64,000 nucleotides of DNA from Eledone cirrhosa (taxonomy: Eukaryota), in assembly GCA_964016885.1 (NCBI GenBank), contig OZ024743.1, forward strand, positions 144,150,001-144,214,000. The letters run 5' to 3'. The position numbers and the translations under genes are program-made. The notes beneath the pieces are model-generated. The model was not told the origin of the DNA. It worked only from the letters and a program-made list of their open reading frames with translations, and made no database searches. Shown piece after piece: positions 49,691 through 64,000 of this stretch; positions within the stretch are counted from its first letter, which is position 1; each line of letters starts with the position of its first letter.

Positions 49691-50459
49691 ATATAAAAAA
49701 AAGTCCATCTTTCAAGCTTGTTCTTGTGTCTGAAACCTACTCGACATTTAAGTGTTTTTTTTTTGTTGTTGTTATTGTTTTCTTTTTTCGACATAGTTAC
49801 ATATCTTTGAAACCTGACTAAGAGATTCTCTTTTGTTTAACAATCCATTATCTCACATTGTAAGTTTGGTTTATATATGAATGTATGTATTTATTCTTGT
49901 GAATTACCCCTCCCTAGTTGGACAAGTGTCTAGCTAGCAGATCAGCAAATAATTCTCATGCGAGTTTCAACAGTTCCGAAAATTTTTGTGTCAAATTTCA
50001 TTAGAATTGTATGTGTTAAAAGCAAAACAGAAGAAGAAAAAACTCAATAAACAAAAGTACTGATGCAAAGTTATTCTGAGAAAGCACAAATGGTTGGCAG
50101 GAAACTGTGTTCTTTTAAACCAAAGAATATGTTGATCTGATGAAATACATGCGAAGTAATAACAATATAAGAAAAGAAAATCTCTGAATAATTGGTATCC
50201 CAAACAATAAATTCTATCTGGTAACTCCATGTCACTTACTGTCTATGATGCTTTGTGCTTATACGAGATTTCTTAAGACAGAATTAGTACAGTTGCTCTG
50301 AAGCTATTAACCAATCACGGTCATACAAGCATATAACACTCACTAGAAACAGACAAGACTCACTTAAGTATCTTTAAAATACCACAGCGGTTTTTTTTGT
50401 TTTGTTTTATTTTTTGTGAATTATTTTCAGTTTTAGTTTTATTATTCTAAATTAGTCCA

Positions 50460-50675
50460 GGGTAGTGGATCGGCAAAATTGTTAAAGAATCAGACAAATG
50501 CTTAGCAGTATTTGTTCCGATTCTTTACTTTCTGAGTTCAAATCCCACCAAGGTCAACTTTGCCTTTTATCATTCTGAAATCAATAAAATATGGTACCTG
50601 TCAAGTATTGAGGTTGATACAATTGACATTCCTTTCTCCTAAAATTGCTGGCCTTGTGCCAAAATTAGATATCAT
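50460..50675 (+). mobile_element. SINE family B, older copy
   Basis: B box, Nin-like domain and GCTGGCCTTGTGCC tail. Confidence 0.7.
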
Positions 50676-50860
50676 TATTTTAAATTGGTCATGCACCAAA
50701 CTCGTGTCACTTTATTTTATTACTTAGAAATAACAAATGTGGAAAGATTTGTTGTTTTTTTCTCCATAGTTCTAGTTTTACCTCCAACATGTGTCATCTC
50801 ATCAAATATAACTTGGTGGTATATCAGCAGTAATATAACATTGATATAACAATATAATAC

Positions 50861-51088
50861 TTAACCGTTTAATGTTCAAACCGACCAAAACCGGCCAGAA
50901 TTCTCTACCTTTTTCTGTTGAAACTGGCTGTAACTGGTTGCTCAAACTGATGTTAAGGTATTGTTCTCAAAATAAATACTTTCAAAATCTCATAGATTCG
51001 ATATTATGTGAGATAATTATGTGAGGTAAAGCCTTTATCATGAAAATATAATAGTATATATAGTGTAATGTGAATGCTAAAGGGTTAA
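50861..51088 (+). mobile_element. piggyBac-like MITE
   Basis: TTAA ends; homologous to 464-687. Confidence 0.75.
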
Positions 51089-51789
51089 GACAACATTAAT
51101 TGTAGTTAATCATTAGTGCAGGTTGTTGTTGTCATTGTTGTAGTTTAGCCACAGGCTAGCCAGCTCTAGTTGGTCTGTATGATGTATGAAAGAATTAAAA
51201 CATCTATTTATTTACATATTACAAAGTTGGAAGTTTAGAAATATGTAGGTAGAAGAAGAATTGTGAATTTGTAATCCCATTTCTGATTTTGTGTTGGAAT
51301 GAATGTACCATGAGTAAGATAACAAATTTATGGGATGTACCCTGAGTAGGACACCAAATTTGTATTCCTGAGCCAGTGCTGTAAATAAAAGTTCCCACTA
51401 GTTGGAGGCAAAAATTATAGGTCAGAGAAAAATTTGAACTCAGGAATCACTGCACCCTCCCTCTCTAGCATTGGTATTATAATGTACCTTTGATGAGACA
51501 GAAATTGTGTAAGCCATCTCTGGTATTGTAATGTGTCATGGGAAGAATACAAAATTTGCATTTTCTCACTTGGGCTGTGGACTTAGTGTAAGACAGTATT
51601 TTTTCTGCTCCCCTTGAAAATGAAGAAAAAGACAGGGAGAGAGACAATCTTGCTCAATTCTTGTATGGCTGTATTTTTAATGAAATACACTATTTCAGTT
51701 AATTGATAAAAAATTAAGAGTGATATACTAAGATGATTAATTATTTCATTAAGTTGGTATTTGTAAGAAAACTTAACAAAAGCAAAACA

Positions 51790-54758
51790 ACATCCTCAAT
51801 CCAATCAGGGAGTTCTCTGAATTTAGATGCAATAATTTCTGCAAACCTGTTTCTGACTTCCTTATCTGACAGTGCTTCCCACCTTATCCTGTAGGTCAAG
51901 CTGGCCCTACAGCCCCTCTCTAAACATGAGCATCCAGCAGAGAATCAAAGGATCAGAGATAATAACAAAACCAGTTATTGATCTCTGTCCCCAATTCCTC
52001 TTATGCCATATGTATTTATGGTTGTCTTTGTGCAGGAAGAAGGTGTTTGTAATAGATAGCCCATTACTAGAATAGAAGTCTAAAGCCTCTCAATTCATAT
52101 TTAAATCGAGATTGTTGTTCCTTTCCATGTCAGGTGGACAGTGCCAACATGTGCGTTGAAGACTCCCATATGGATATATGACTGTCTTAACTACAATTAA
52201 CTCTGCAGTGACTTCATCAAGAAAGGATCTGCATTTGGGCTCTCTGTTTGGTGCATAAACTTTTCACCAACCACAAAAACCAATCTTTCAACCTAAGCTT
52301 CACGTGATAAATCCTTCCAAATGAGATCCAGTTAATAACATATTCTGACAGCTGGAAGCTTGTGAGTATCTTCACTCTCACCTGTGTATTATTTTCTGGC
52401 ACCTCACCTGCATAGTGGAGTTTCCAACCTCCATCCAAATCTACAGTACCAGAACCACAGAATTTTATTGAGGAAATACCAACTATATCTAGTCAATAGC
52501 ACCTGGCCTCCTCCACTAGTTCCTGTTCCTTGCCTGTATGGACTGTAAAGTTCCAGTTATTGATTGTCAAGATTTCCATCCCATGCCTCCTGGGACAGAT
52601 TTTAGGCCCATCGCCAGTTTTTGCAGTGTTGGATGAAGACTGCAATATATTTTTCGAACAGGCCCCTCTACCTAAGGCTTCAATATATCCCTTGTTATTC
52701 CACATGAAGGACAATGTAATATGGATGTTTTTATTGTTTCTGGGCATATTGCTGTGTTTTGGTGGTTTCATTTGTGCTAGTTGTCTGTTTAGTACTATTC
52801 TCAGTTACACAAAGACTAAGCTTTTTTAGAGGCAGCCTTTATTTGCCTCATCATAGGAACATCACTGGGTTGTGAGTTTTCTTGGGAGCTAAAAGTGTCA
52901 CCCATTGCTCCATCGCCTCTAGTAGTTTACCACTGTTAGTCCAGGATTACTTATTTGTCCAGCAGTAGCCCACTTATATCGCAAATAACCATCATATCTG
53001 GTGGTTATATGACTATCTACCACATGCGACCTGTTCTCTAGCAAACTTTCCTGCTTCAGCTGTTAAATGCTGTGGGAAAAGTGGCATGGGTTGGTACCAA
53101 GTGGAAGGAGGACCCCTTAGTTCAATCAAGTGGTCAAAGATGCCATTCAAGCAAAGGAGACTTACAAAGCTTGGCTTGGAAATAAGTCCTCCTTCTTGCA
53201 CTTGCAGTACAAATAGGTGCAAAAAGTTGCAACAGAGACAGTAAAAGCATATAAAGTTAAGACATGGGAGAACTTTGGGGTTAAGCTGAAACCTGGCATC
53301 AGATCAACTAATAAACTGTTCTGGCAGACCATCCGCCAATTTCGTAATAAGAAGCCTTCCTCTACACCTGCTTTCAGGAATGTGGCTAGGGTTCTCCTCT
53401 CCTAAGAGAGATGCATCTTTGCAAGGTGGAGAAAATACATTTCTGATCTTCTAAACCTGGTCACAACAGCATCTTCTGATGTACATGAGGTGCATCTGGG
53501 AGCAATGACTAACCTCTCAGAGCCTGAGGTTACAAGAGCAATTAAAGAACTGATGAGGATGAAATCTGAGCTGAAATGTTAAAATCCTTAAATAGAGGTA
53601 TTCTCTGACTGATTGTGTGTACCGGATGACCTGGATCTCTAGAAAGGCACCCAAGTAATGAAATGATAATCCCAATTTTCAAAAAGGGAGACAAGAGATT
53701 TCTCCAATTATTGAGGGATCTTGTTAAGCCTCCCTGGTAAAGTCTATGCTAAATGTCTGGCAATGGGATGTAGGGATATTGTCAAGTCCAAGATAGCTGA
53801 CAAACAGCATGGTTTTCACCCCAGACACAGCACAGCCAACCAAATATTCACATTATAACAGGTCTTTGAGAAATTAAGGTATGTGCTTGTTTTAAAACCT
53901 TTCAATGTGGGTGTCGGACTCCATCAAGGGTGTATGCTATCACCTTTGTTGTTCATGATCTTCATGGACAGGATTGACATGCACAGCTGGGTTGGAAGTG
54001 ATATCAAGACTGGTGGGTGTAGGTCAGCCGGCTGGAAGTTGCGGATGACATGATACTACTTAACTCATCATTGATAGGTTTGATCCCAAGTGTTGCAAAG
54101 ACAGAAACACTCTTCCTCTCAAGGAAACCTGCATTGTGCACTCTACATGTGAGTGGAGTTCTACTGAAGCAGGTGGAGAATTTGAAGCATCTTGTGGTTG
54201 TGTTCACAAGTGATGGAAGACAGGAGGCTGAATTAAGTTGAAGAATTACAGGCACTGAAGCAGTAATGTGCCAACTTCAGCATTCAGTAATCTGAAGAAG
54301 GGAGATATGTGTTAAAGCCAAACTCACTATCTTAAATTCACTGTTTGTACCAAACCTTACCTATGGTCATGAATCTTCAGTAATGACCTAAAGAATACAA
54401 GCAGCCAAGAAGGAGTTCCTCCGAAGGATCTTTAGAGTAATATCAGTCAATAGAGCACATGGCTTAGTGATCAGAGTCACTCCAGGTAGAACTGCTACTC
54501 CATTATTACAGAGATCTGGTTAGAATGTCTCAGGAAAGAATCGGTGAACAGATTTTAAGTGCAAAACCAGCTGACAGGAGACCCAGGGCTAGACCTTGAA
54601 CAAAATAGTTGAATAACATGCATGCGCTCAGCTGGTCTTGTTTGGGGATCCAGCCGGATCAGTTGGAGATGGTTGCTTCTGACAGGATCCTTTGGAAGTC
54701 AGGCTTGAGGACTCTACTCCCATGAACCTCCATGGAAAAAGTGGGTGAAGAAGAACAT
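51790..54758. mobile_element. Decayed RTE-clade LINE, second family; endonuclease half on - strand (51790-~53020), linker/RT/3' end on + strand (~53020-54758)
   Basis: Minus: NWNFTVHTGKEQELVEEA, GWKLHYAG, GLSITNTFF. Plus: KLFWQTIRQFR, GLHQGCMLSPLLF, ADDM, GRP, (GAA)n tail. Confidence 0.8.
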
Positions 54759-56724
54759 AAAATTATGTTGAAAGATTTTAATTTAAGTAAAACCCCTTTA
54801 AAATTGGTAAACTTTCTGTGCTTCACTAGAGTAGTTAATTCAATTAGATTTACTTTTAGATTTAATTTTAAACATTTGCGCCTTGAGTGTTTCTGACTCC
54901 ATAATATGCTTCTAGTTAATAATTATTTAGTCTGGCAAAACAAATAATCTGGTATAGTTTGTAACCTTGGCTATGGGAAAATTTGTGGTATCCCAGGATA
55001 GAAAGAAGATAAGCACTGAATCACTGAAATAATAGCCCTAGAAGTGTTCCAATGACTTTCTTGGTTTAAGGGAGCCAATACTGTGACATTGGGTTTATTA
55101 ATATATATATATATATTCAAGTCTGTTGTTCAAAATGGAAATGTAATTGATATTAAATAGAAGTGTTAGCATAAATTATAAAATAATTAGTGTGGGTAGG
55201 AAGAGTAGATGTATGGAACATTTGAAAATGTGAAGAAACAATACGTATAATGTAGAATATAATGTCAAAGGTAAAGGATTGAATTCTTCATCTTTGGTCA
55301 AATATTCCTGCACCTTAGCTATCAGGTCATCACACTGCTAGAATGTTCTCTTTTTTAATACCTGGGGAGAAAAAGCGATGAAGTTATTCTTAGAGCAGGG
55401 GGCTTCTTGAATGCTTGCAACAAAGATTACATTAAAGGTAGTCAAAGACTAGATGGTGGCATTAATCTATCTCCCAAGAACAGAGATTGTTCCTTCAGTG
55501 AGCTTCCACACAATTTTTTTTCTACCTAATTTCACTGACAAGCCTTTGGTCAACCCAATGCTATAGTAGAAGAGACCGGAATAAGGACAAAGCCAATATT
55601 TGTTGGTAACAACAAAAACTAATCAACTAATGTTAGTAAATCACTGTTATTTTATTGACCTTATAGAGAAGAAAAGCAACATTTGATGCTTTTGCTATCT
55701 CCACCTTATATGGCTACAATACCTTTAAATATCTCTATAAGCCTCGATGTAGTTGCCCAACCTGCTACAAATCACAGCCAAATCTCTCACAAATAAAACC
55801 CTATGTTCCTTTTTTTTTTATAGTCACATTGAATGATGTAGTCCAAGATAACTGGTTATATGTCGGATTGATCAGAGTTGAACTGGAGCTAAACAATTAT
55901 GACAATGACCTCAAGACAATGGGGAAGCTTCTAAACAGCCCTTCAACTATGAGAAATAGCAACCAAATCTCTCTCAAAATTCTTCCTTCCGTCATAGATT
56001 TGTCTAATCAAATTCAGTTTATAAATGAATGCACACACACATATATAGACACATTTATCAATAATATATTCATCCTTCCACTATATATGTAATCACTTCA
56101 TGCTTTCATCTCTAGCTAATAAAAAGATCCTCAAGCATTTTCTTTTAATTACCTAAATACAAAAGTAGAGTTGCAGCTGACCAAGTAAATAAAGTGCTGG
56201 AATCCTATTTAAAATGTTGTCAATATGCATCAGGCCATTGGTTCTGCAGTGTTCATTCATAATAAAAAAAATTTAATTCTCAATGGTTGTCTACTTAGCT
56301 GTAAATAGGTTTCATGAGTAAGTGCAGCTTATTCCTGTATTGAGAACAAAACGCACTGTATATATATAACAAATATTTTGTAACCATGCTTATACCATAC
56401 TTAAAAATGAAACATGGGTTGGCATCAGAAAAGGCATCCAACTGTAAAATAACTGCCTTGAAAATGTCTACATGCCAGCATATGTAAGTTGATGTAAATG
56501 ATAAAAATATGACTAAGTCCAGATACTACTACTATGGGTTTGGTTTATGATGGTGTCCACACTAAGGTTATACCAACCAACTCTATTACCATACATGCTG
56601 AAGAAAATAATATAATGAAATTTTAAAATGAATGTCTATTACAAAAGCATCTCAGACTATAAACTAGATGTTCCCTTCCATTTGTATTAATATTATTATC
56701 TAGTTCTTGGATTACTTTGTAGAC

Positions 56725-56942
56725 CAGCAGTTTTAAATCTGGGGTCTGTGAACCTCTGAGTGTCAACAAATGTGATACAGGGACACTATGAGCTAAGTTC
56801 AAAATTTCAAGGACTTTGTTAAAAAACATTATATCCATTCTTCATTTGATTGTTATATAACAAACTGAAGGAGGCAGGGCCCATAGGGAAATTCACTTCA
56901 ATAAAAGGGGTCTTTGATAATGAAAAAGGTTGGGAACCACTG
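56725..56942. mobile_element. hAT (Charlie-like) MITE
   Basis: Termini CAGCAGTT... / ...GGTTGGGAACCACTG; 8-bp TSD TTGTAGAC / TTCTAGAC. Confidence 0.7.
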
Positions 56943-57679
56943 TTCTAGACTATCATTTTAACCAATTTTTGACAATATTTCTTTCAAAATAATTACCTAT
57001 ATTTAAAATGATTTTTTTTTTAAATTATGAAATTAATTAAGTTGGTATTTTGGAACATAACATCAAAATTATGATGTAAGGTTTTAATTTAGATATAAAC
57101 ACTTTAAAACAAGTGGCTTTGTATAAAAAAAAAACTGCCAGAGGTGGTCTCAGACAGGTTGGTATCAAAAGGGTTAATCTTTTTTGCTGAAGAATCTATT
57201 GCTGTATGAATTGACATTATTTCGAAATATCAAATATTAAAAAAGAATTGTTGATGTTCAATTTGTTGCATGAATCCAGCTGTATATCTCCAAATATACA
57301 ACATACCTGGGCACCTGTCTCATTTAAAAATTGGATAGGAAAGTGGTGGATGTGGTAGTAGTAATGGTATGCCAGCTTTGAAACAAGTGTTAAAGACTTC
57401 TGTCTAATAATATTCCCACAGTACAGTGTACAGTAATAACTTCTATTTTTGTAGTCACTTTGTACAGTTCTGGTGTAAAGTAAAAAAAAAAAAACAAATA
57501 CAAAAACTTCTCTTAGTGTTTCTATTGTTGTTATTATTGTTGTTGTTATATGATTACTCTTTTATTGGTTTTAGTCAATGGACTATGGCTATGCTGGGAT
57601 TCGTCAATCATATCAAGTATGATATTTATTTCATCAATTTCTATTTGCAAAACTGCTAAGTTACAGGACAACTTTTGAT

Positions 57680-57985
57680 GCTAAACTCCACCAGTTGCAG
57701 ACTGCGCATCAACATGAGATATTTTTCTCCACAAAGTTCGACCATCAGCAGCAGAGTTTAAAGAGCAAAGATCAAGTCCAGTCCATAGGTTGACATTATC
57801 AAGCCATCGTTTTGGCTGCCGGCCTTTGCTTCTCTTATCAGCCAACCTTCCTTACAGGTATAACCTACTCACACCACGAGTTGATCTTTTTATATGACCA
57901 TATAGTTTGACTTGACAATTGATGTAATTGGTCTAAGTTTGGTAATGTTGAGCAGCTTTCAACAAGAACAAGGAAGTACTAACAT
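57680..57985 (-). mobile_element. LINE ORF2 3' fragment
   Basis: Minus strand encodes KRSKGRQPKRWLDNVNLWTGL...AADGRTLWRKI. Confidence 0.65.
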
Positions 57986-58017
57986 CAAAATGAGTTTCCT
58001 ATCATTATATGTTATAA

Positions 58018-58206
58018 GGGTGGTGGATTGGCAGTATCGGTAGAGGGTCGGACGCCATGCTTTCCAGCATAATTACGTCCCTTTACGATCTGAGTTCAAA
58101 TCCCGCCGAGGTTGACTTTGCCTTTCATCCTTACGGGGTCGATAAAATAAAGTACCAGTAATGCACTGGGTAATTGCTGGCCTTGTGCCTAAGGTAGAAA
58201 CAATTA
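58018..58206 (+). mobile_element. SINE family B, full-length reference copy (tRNA head + Nin/Deu-like domain)
   Basis: A-box-like TGGCAGTATCGG, B box GAGTTCAAATCCC, GTTGACTTTGCCTTTCATCCTTACGGGGTCGATAAAATAAAGTACCAG. Confidence 0.85.
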
Positions 58207-61027
58207 TATGTTATATAGTCTTGACTGTGTTAATTGGATGACAAGGTCACTTCAAAAGCTCTCTACATTCCAAAACCACATCATAAGACTTATGACTGGT
58301 AAGCGGCTCAGTGACTGTATCTGTATCAGTGAGCTGCTCAACATTACCAGACAGGACATAAACAAGTTGTTAATGTTACTGTAAAAGCAGACATGGATAG
58401 ACACATTCATGCACATACAAATATATACACACACAACACACATCATTGGCATCCTCCTCATCATCACCATGTAATATCCATTTTCCTTGCAAGCAAGAGT
58501 TGGACAGGCCATCACAGACCAAGTTAGTACTTAGTCAGAATTACTGTCCTCTCAGACTGACTGGAGAGTGCATTTTGCATTCATATGTTAGCATGGAAGA
58601 TGGACGTTAAATGATGATGATGATGTTCCCATACTTTACAGAGTGTACTGGGTACATTCTCAACTTCTTTTTTGGCACATATATATGTATGTGTGTATAT
58701 TTATCCCATATCTTCCTAAGTCTGCCTCTTCCATGAGTCCCATCCACAGATTTCTTTACACCTCTTTGTACAGCTCTCATCTTCCAAATGCATCACATAT
58801 CCATACCAATGCATTCTTCTCTCTGGCACACTACATCTAATACCTTTTATACCAAGTTTTGCTCTCAGTTCACTTATGCTATGCCATTCCTGTACACTAC
58901 CATTACAGATCCATTGGGGCAAAGTCACTTAATTTCTTTCTAATATCTCCACAATCTCTCCAAATCTACCTTTCATGGTGCCTACATTGATAATTGCAGC
59001 ACTGAGGCTTTGAACTTGATGGATAGAGGGTGGCTTGTTTCTTATCTGGACCTAAAATGGAGAGGTTGTGAGTGTTGACATTTGGTGACAGACCATGGAC
59101 ATTGACGTTTATTTAGTTGTTCAGACATAGAATATGGGATTGTTACTTTGTTTTGTTTTGTATCTATCTCCAGACACTCCTATCCATGGGTCACCACCTA
59201 TTATGAGATAAAAAAAAATGTGCCTTTGCCTTTCATGTAAGTAATGGAGATCAGGATTATATGAGTCTTACATATGGACACATATGCATGCTCACAGGTG
59301 TACATTTGTTCATTCTTCTACATCCACATACATGTGTGTGTGGAGGGGGATGAGGTGTTAGTCTAGAAGTTTTCTACCTGTTGCTAACTTTGCTAGGAGA
59401 ACATATAATTAAAATATCTGTCTATACTAAAGTGGGGGGAGGGGTAAGGGGGGGGGATTCAGAATGATTGTAGCATTCTCACTTATCTGGAAAGAAAGTT
59501 CCCTAAACAATGCATGTATACATATGTGATGGGCTTCAGCATAGTTTCTTCTTCTTTATCTTCTTCTTCCCCCTCCTCCTCCTGAAAGGGTCATGGGATC
59601 AGAGTCCTCAAACACTCCACCCAGTGAGTCCTCTCAAAAGCAACCATCTCCAATTGATCCAGTTAAATCCCCCAGCCGAACCAGCTGAGCTCATGGATAT
59701 TATCCAACCATCTTGTTTAGGGTCTACCCCACTCAACAGGCTTTGATAAACTAGAAGCTATGGTAGAAGACATCCAAGATACCATGCTGTAGGATTGAAC
59801 TCAGAACTATGCAGTTGCAAAACAAACACAGCCATATCTGCACCCAAAATAATTGAAATAACATTAGTCCATATAATTATTTTTTAAATACCTTCTTATG
59901 ATGTTCCCTGCATAAATTATGTGAATAATAATTTATCCAAGGTGAATGCAAGTATGGCTGAGCAGTTCAGAAATTTGCTTCACAGTCATAGCTTCAAGTT
60001 GACTCAAGATTTATGAGTGAAATTGTTTAGAAACCTATCAGACGATCTGCACCAGTACTTCATAGAGCCAGACATGTCACACTGAAACTGTCTGAGAATT
60101 ATGTTAAGGATATATGTATCTATGGACTGTTCAGCCACATATATGTCAATTTCACAAGTAAGCTGTTCTGTTGTACATGCAAGTTTAGTGTGATGTGAGC
60201 ATATGAATGGGGTGAGTGTTTGTACATAATTGTTTTATTGAGTGTATATGTGCTGATGCACGTGTGTTTATGTTTATGTAAGTGTGTATATTTCTGCTTG
60301 CTTTTAAGATGTATGAGAACTTGGTACATGCAAGTAAGATGTGTGTATTGGATAAAGGGGCTGAGTTAGTGAGTCCACTCATATGGCATTTCTAAGATGG
60401 AATATCTGTTTTTGCTCTCACTTTCTCTGGAAGTGATAGGTGGGTGTTCCTGTGTATAGGATAAGGCTGAAAGGTGCTGGATAGAGTGGTTGATGAAAGG
60501 GAAATGATGAACAATTAGGGCATCATAGCTTAGTTAAATGTCCTTTGGGTGCTCTGGGAATTGGTCTGCCAAATAGCAGCTCATTTGTCTGGAGTAAAGG
60601 AATCTACAGAGTGAGCACCAAAGGGTATAAATGATGATGGTGTAAGTGCAGATTGTATGTATGTAATTATAAATGCTGTTACTACTTAGTTCCAGGTCAG
60701 TCCTTTTTGAATAGATATATTTTCAAAAGCATTCCGGCTATGGTCAGCCAGTCTGTCATTATATATATATTTAAAAGACACTAAGTCAATGGGATTTGGC
60801 TGCAAATTCTACCAGGTCAAGTAACCATATAGTCACTTTTATTGGATCAAATTATATCATGTATTTGGTTTCAGTCATTAAACTGCAGCCACGATGGAAC
60901 ACTGACTTAAAGGGATTTAGTTGGCCATACCAACTCCAGTACTTATTTTGTTAAAAGTCTGAGACTTATTTTATGAATCTCTTTATCTTAAACTTCTAGG
61001 ATATAAACAAACAGTAAACTTAAGAAT

Positions 61028-61058
<31 letters not shown>

Positions 61059-61059
<1 letters not shown>

Positions 61060-61965
61060 CATCATCATCATCATCATTTTACATCCGCTTTTCCCTGCTT
61101 GCAAAGGTGGGATGTGTCCACTTCAGTACACCATCTCTCCATTTGTCACAGTCCTTCGTCATCTCCTCTATGAGCTTCAGTGATCTGAAATTAGCTCTCA
61201 CCACCTCCGCCCATGTCTTCTGTAGTCTTCCTTCCACTGGGATCACCGGCACTTCTTCACCCAGCGGTCATCCTCCATGCACTTCACATGGCCATACCAA
61301 CATAGTTTTCTCTCCTGCACACTACAGCTTATTCCCCGTGTACACAGTTTCTCTCTCAACTCATCCATGCTTGGGCTTTCACACACATTGACATTATACA
61401 TCCATTGGAGCATGCTTGCTTCATTTCTCTCCAGCCTTCGCATATCCTCCGCAGTTGCTGCCCATGTCTCACTACCATGCAGCATTGCGCATCTCACACA
61501 GGCATCATTCAACCAACCTTTTGTTTGCAGGGAGAAACTCTGCGTTGTCAACAGAGGAAGCAGCTTCCTAAACTTCTTCCATCCTGTCCTTATTCTAGAT
61601 ACTATGACCTCGGAACATCCGCCTCCTTTGTTAATTTTATCATCTAGATATCGGAAGCTATCAACCACTTTTATAGGTCCTACCCGCATTTGAAAAAATT
61701 GCCTATCATTGACACTTCTACTATCAATTTTCCCTGAACATCTACTACATACAAAGTTTTCCTTTCCTGTTAGTTTGCCTGCTATCCCACAACTCCTCTT
61801 GTGTACCCAAGATCTGCATTGTGTACATTCTATAGAGTTTATGCCGACTCCTTTTCTATATATCAAGCATGGCCATTTCCCTGATGGAATCAGAGTCATC
61901 TCCTCTTTCCTACTTATCAATACTTTAGTTTTTGTTAGGTTCAATCTCATTCCCATTGAGTCCAA
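61059..61965 (-). mobile_element. 5'-truncated RTE LINE of the same family as 6375-9051
   Basis: ORF 61243-61965 closely matches ORF 8192-8899; same 3' tail. Confidence 0.92.
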
Positions 61966-62329
61966 CTACTGTTTCCACACACACACATATATATATATGT
62001 CAAAAAGGGGGATGAGAGGCTTCTTCGATTGTATCAAAGACATGACAACCACCCTAGTGCTGATGCCACCATAAAAAGCACCCAGTACATTCTGTAGAGT
62101 ATGGTGGGTGGGGTATAAGAGTTGTACTCCTAAGTCCATCTAAGAGGTCAGTGGCTAAGTACTGACTTCATCTGTGATGATCTGTCAAATCCTTGCTAAC
62201 AGGGAAACCAGACATTACATAATATATATATATATATATACATTTATATTATATATAAGCTGCCGTTAAATGATGATGATGATATACATAAATATATATT
62301 TACAGACGTTAAATGATGATGATGTTTCT

Positions 62330-62728
62330 AATAATTATTTCTACTTTTGGCACAAGGCCAGCAATTATCCCAGTGTATTACTGGTACTTTATTTCATCGA
62401 CCCCGTAAGGATGAAAGGCAAAGTTAACCTCGACGAGATTTAAACTCAGATCATAAAGGGCAGTAACTCTTTACTGCAAAGCATGGCGTCCGACCCTCTA
62501 CCGATACTGCCAATCCACCACCCTTGTTAATAATAATTGTTTCTACTTTAGGCACAAGGCCAGCAATTACCCAGTACATTACTGCTACTTTATTTTCTCG
62601 ACTCCGTAAGGATGAAAGGCAAAGTTAACCTCGGCAGGATTTGAACTCAGATCATAAAGGGACGTAACTCTATGCTTCAAAGCATGGTGTCCGACCCTCT
62701 ACCGATACTGCCAGTCCACCACCCTTGT
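62330..62728 (-). mobile_element. Head-to-tail dimer of family B SINEs
   Basis: Two consecutive ~195-bp copies. Confidence 0.85.
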
Positions 62729-63051
62729 TGATAATAATGATATATGTTGACGGACATTAAATGATGATGGTTATGATAAGGATGATGATATATAGTTATG
62801 AAACCTGTCATGTATTAACATCATCGGATGTTTTTTTTTTAAACTCATGTTATACAGATAATTAACAAGTTGTGTTAAGTTATGTTCCTTAACATATGTC
62901 TTGTATTCCTAATGAGCTTTTTAATATATATTTTTTAATCTTTTATTTTTAGAAAAATTCAGATGTTTATATACCCATGGTATCTGTTTATTTAAGAAGG
63001 AAATAATTTCCCACACAAGTTTTTATTTTATCTTATATTTTATTATCATTA

Positions 63052-63083
<32 letters not shown>

Positions 63084-63522
63084 GTTGTTTTGTTTTGTTG
63101 CTGTTGTTGTTGTTTATATTTGTTTTTTTAGTATTTAACATTAAGTGTGTGTTATCTGCAGCTAACGCTTTATTTATAAATGCATACACAAACACATACA
63201 CATGCACACACACACAGTCACATACTGACAAAGACATACTAACATATGCACAAACACATGTATCTACACAGCAAGAAGATAAATCCTAAACAGCTGCCAT
63301 AGAATGGTATTCCTATTTATAAACATTTCAGCCCTCTTTCTCTTTCTCTGTTTCTCTGTCTGTCCCTCTCTCTCTCTCTCCCTCCCTCTCTCTCAAACTT
63401 CTTTCATTCCCTTTCTAGAATCTTCTTCACTCTGATATCGCCTTAAGGAAATACGGATTGTAGTATTCCGGCAGAGCATTTATCTTTTAAGAAACTTGAT
63501 CAAATATCCACCATTACCACTG

Positions 63523-63599
<77 letters not shown>

Positions 63600-64000
63600 C
63601 TTACTAAAATTTCACCTCAAAGTTCAGGAATCTATTCCTTGAGTGTTTATTTTGAAAACAACAGAACTTTCAACACACCTTAAACTATATACATTTATTT
63701 ACTAATATGGAAGATTAAATTTCAAACAGATGGTTAGGTTAAATTTAAGATTTTCCTTTTCTGTTGCCAACAGACTTAAATCAGTAGGCACAATCTAGCA
63801 GTAATATATCATCATCATCATCATAACTGTTTCACTGCTATTTTCCATGCTTGCATGAGTTTGATGGGTTGTCATGTTCAGAAGCTAGATTGGTCAGGTG
63901 ACCATGTCTTGTTCATATGTTCTGTTTTTGGCTTGGTTTCTACAGCTAAATGCCCTTTCTAACAGTGTGTACTGGGAGCATTTTATCGTGGCAGCGGCAC

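Noticed and set aside
59432-59457. G-quadruplex-capable G runs (also 28828-28843 and 41179-41194)
   Set aside because: Simple homopolymer tracts of uncertain length; no supporting context

Overview
AT-rich, repeat-dense animal genomic DNA. The SINE/RTE/microsatellite landscape suggests an octopus-type cephalopod (inference). The + strand carries the 3' twelve coding exons (9527-49154) of a DH-PH RhoGEF that matches PLEKHG5/Syx. All introns are GT-AG with consistent reading frame, and a tiny last exon supplies the C-terminal PDZ-binding motif SEV. The 5' exons were not found and probably lie upstream of the window. Introns and flanks hold RTE-clade LINE relics, two tRNA-derived SINE families, a Penelope-like relic, a mariner relic, piggyBac/hAT/Tc1-mariner MITEs, and mini- and microsatellites. 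Main second-look items: (1) an apparently intact type I hammerhead ribozyme on the minus strand (3585-3667) inside a ~350 bp element, a retrozyme or Penelope pLTR candidate; (2) an in-frame stop overlapping the last splice donor, giving a possible +/- PDZ-motif isoform switch; (3) a SINE copy with clustered A-to-G changes resembling fossilised ADAR hyper-editing; (4) inverted SINE pairs bracketing in-frame exons; (5) an RTE element with an inverted 5' half. All calls were read by eye, with no searches or folding run, so repeat boundaries are approximate.
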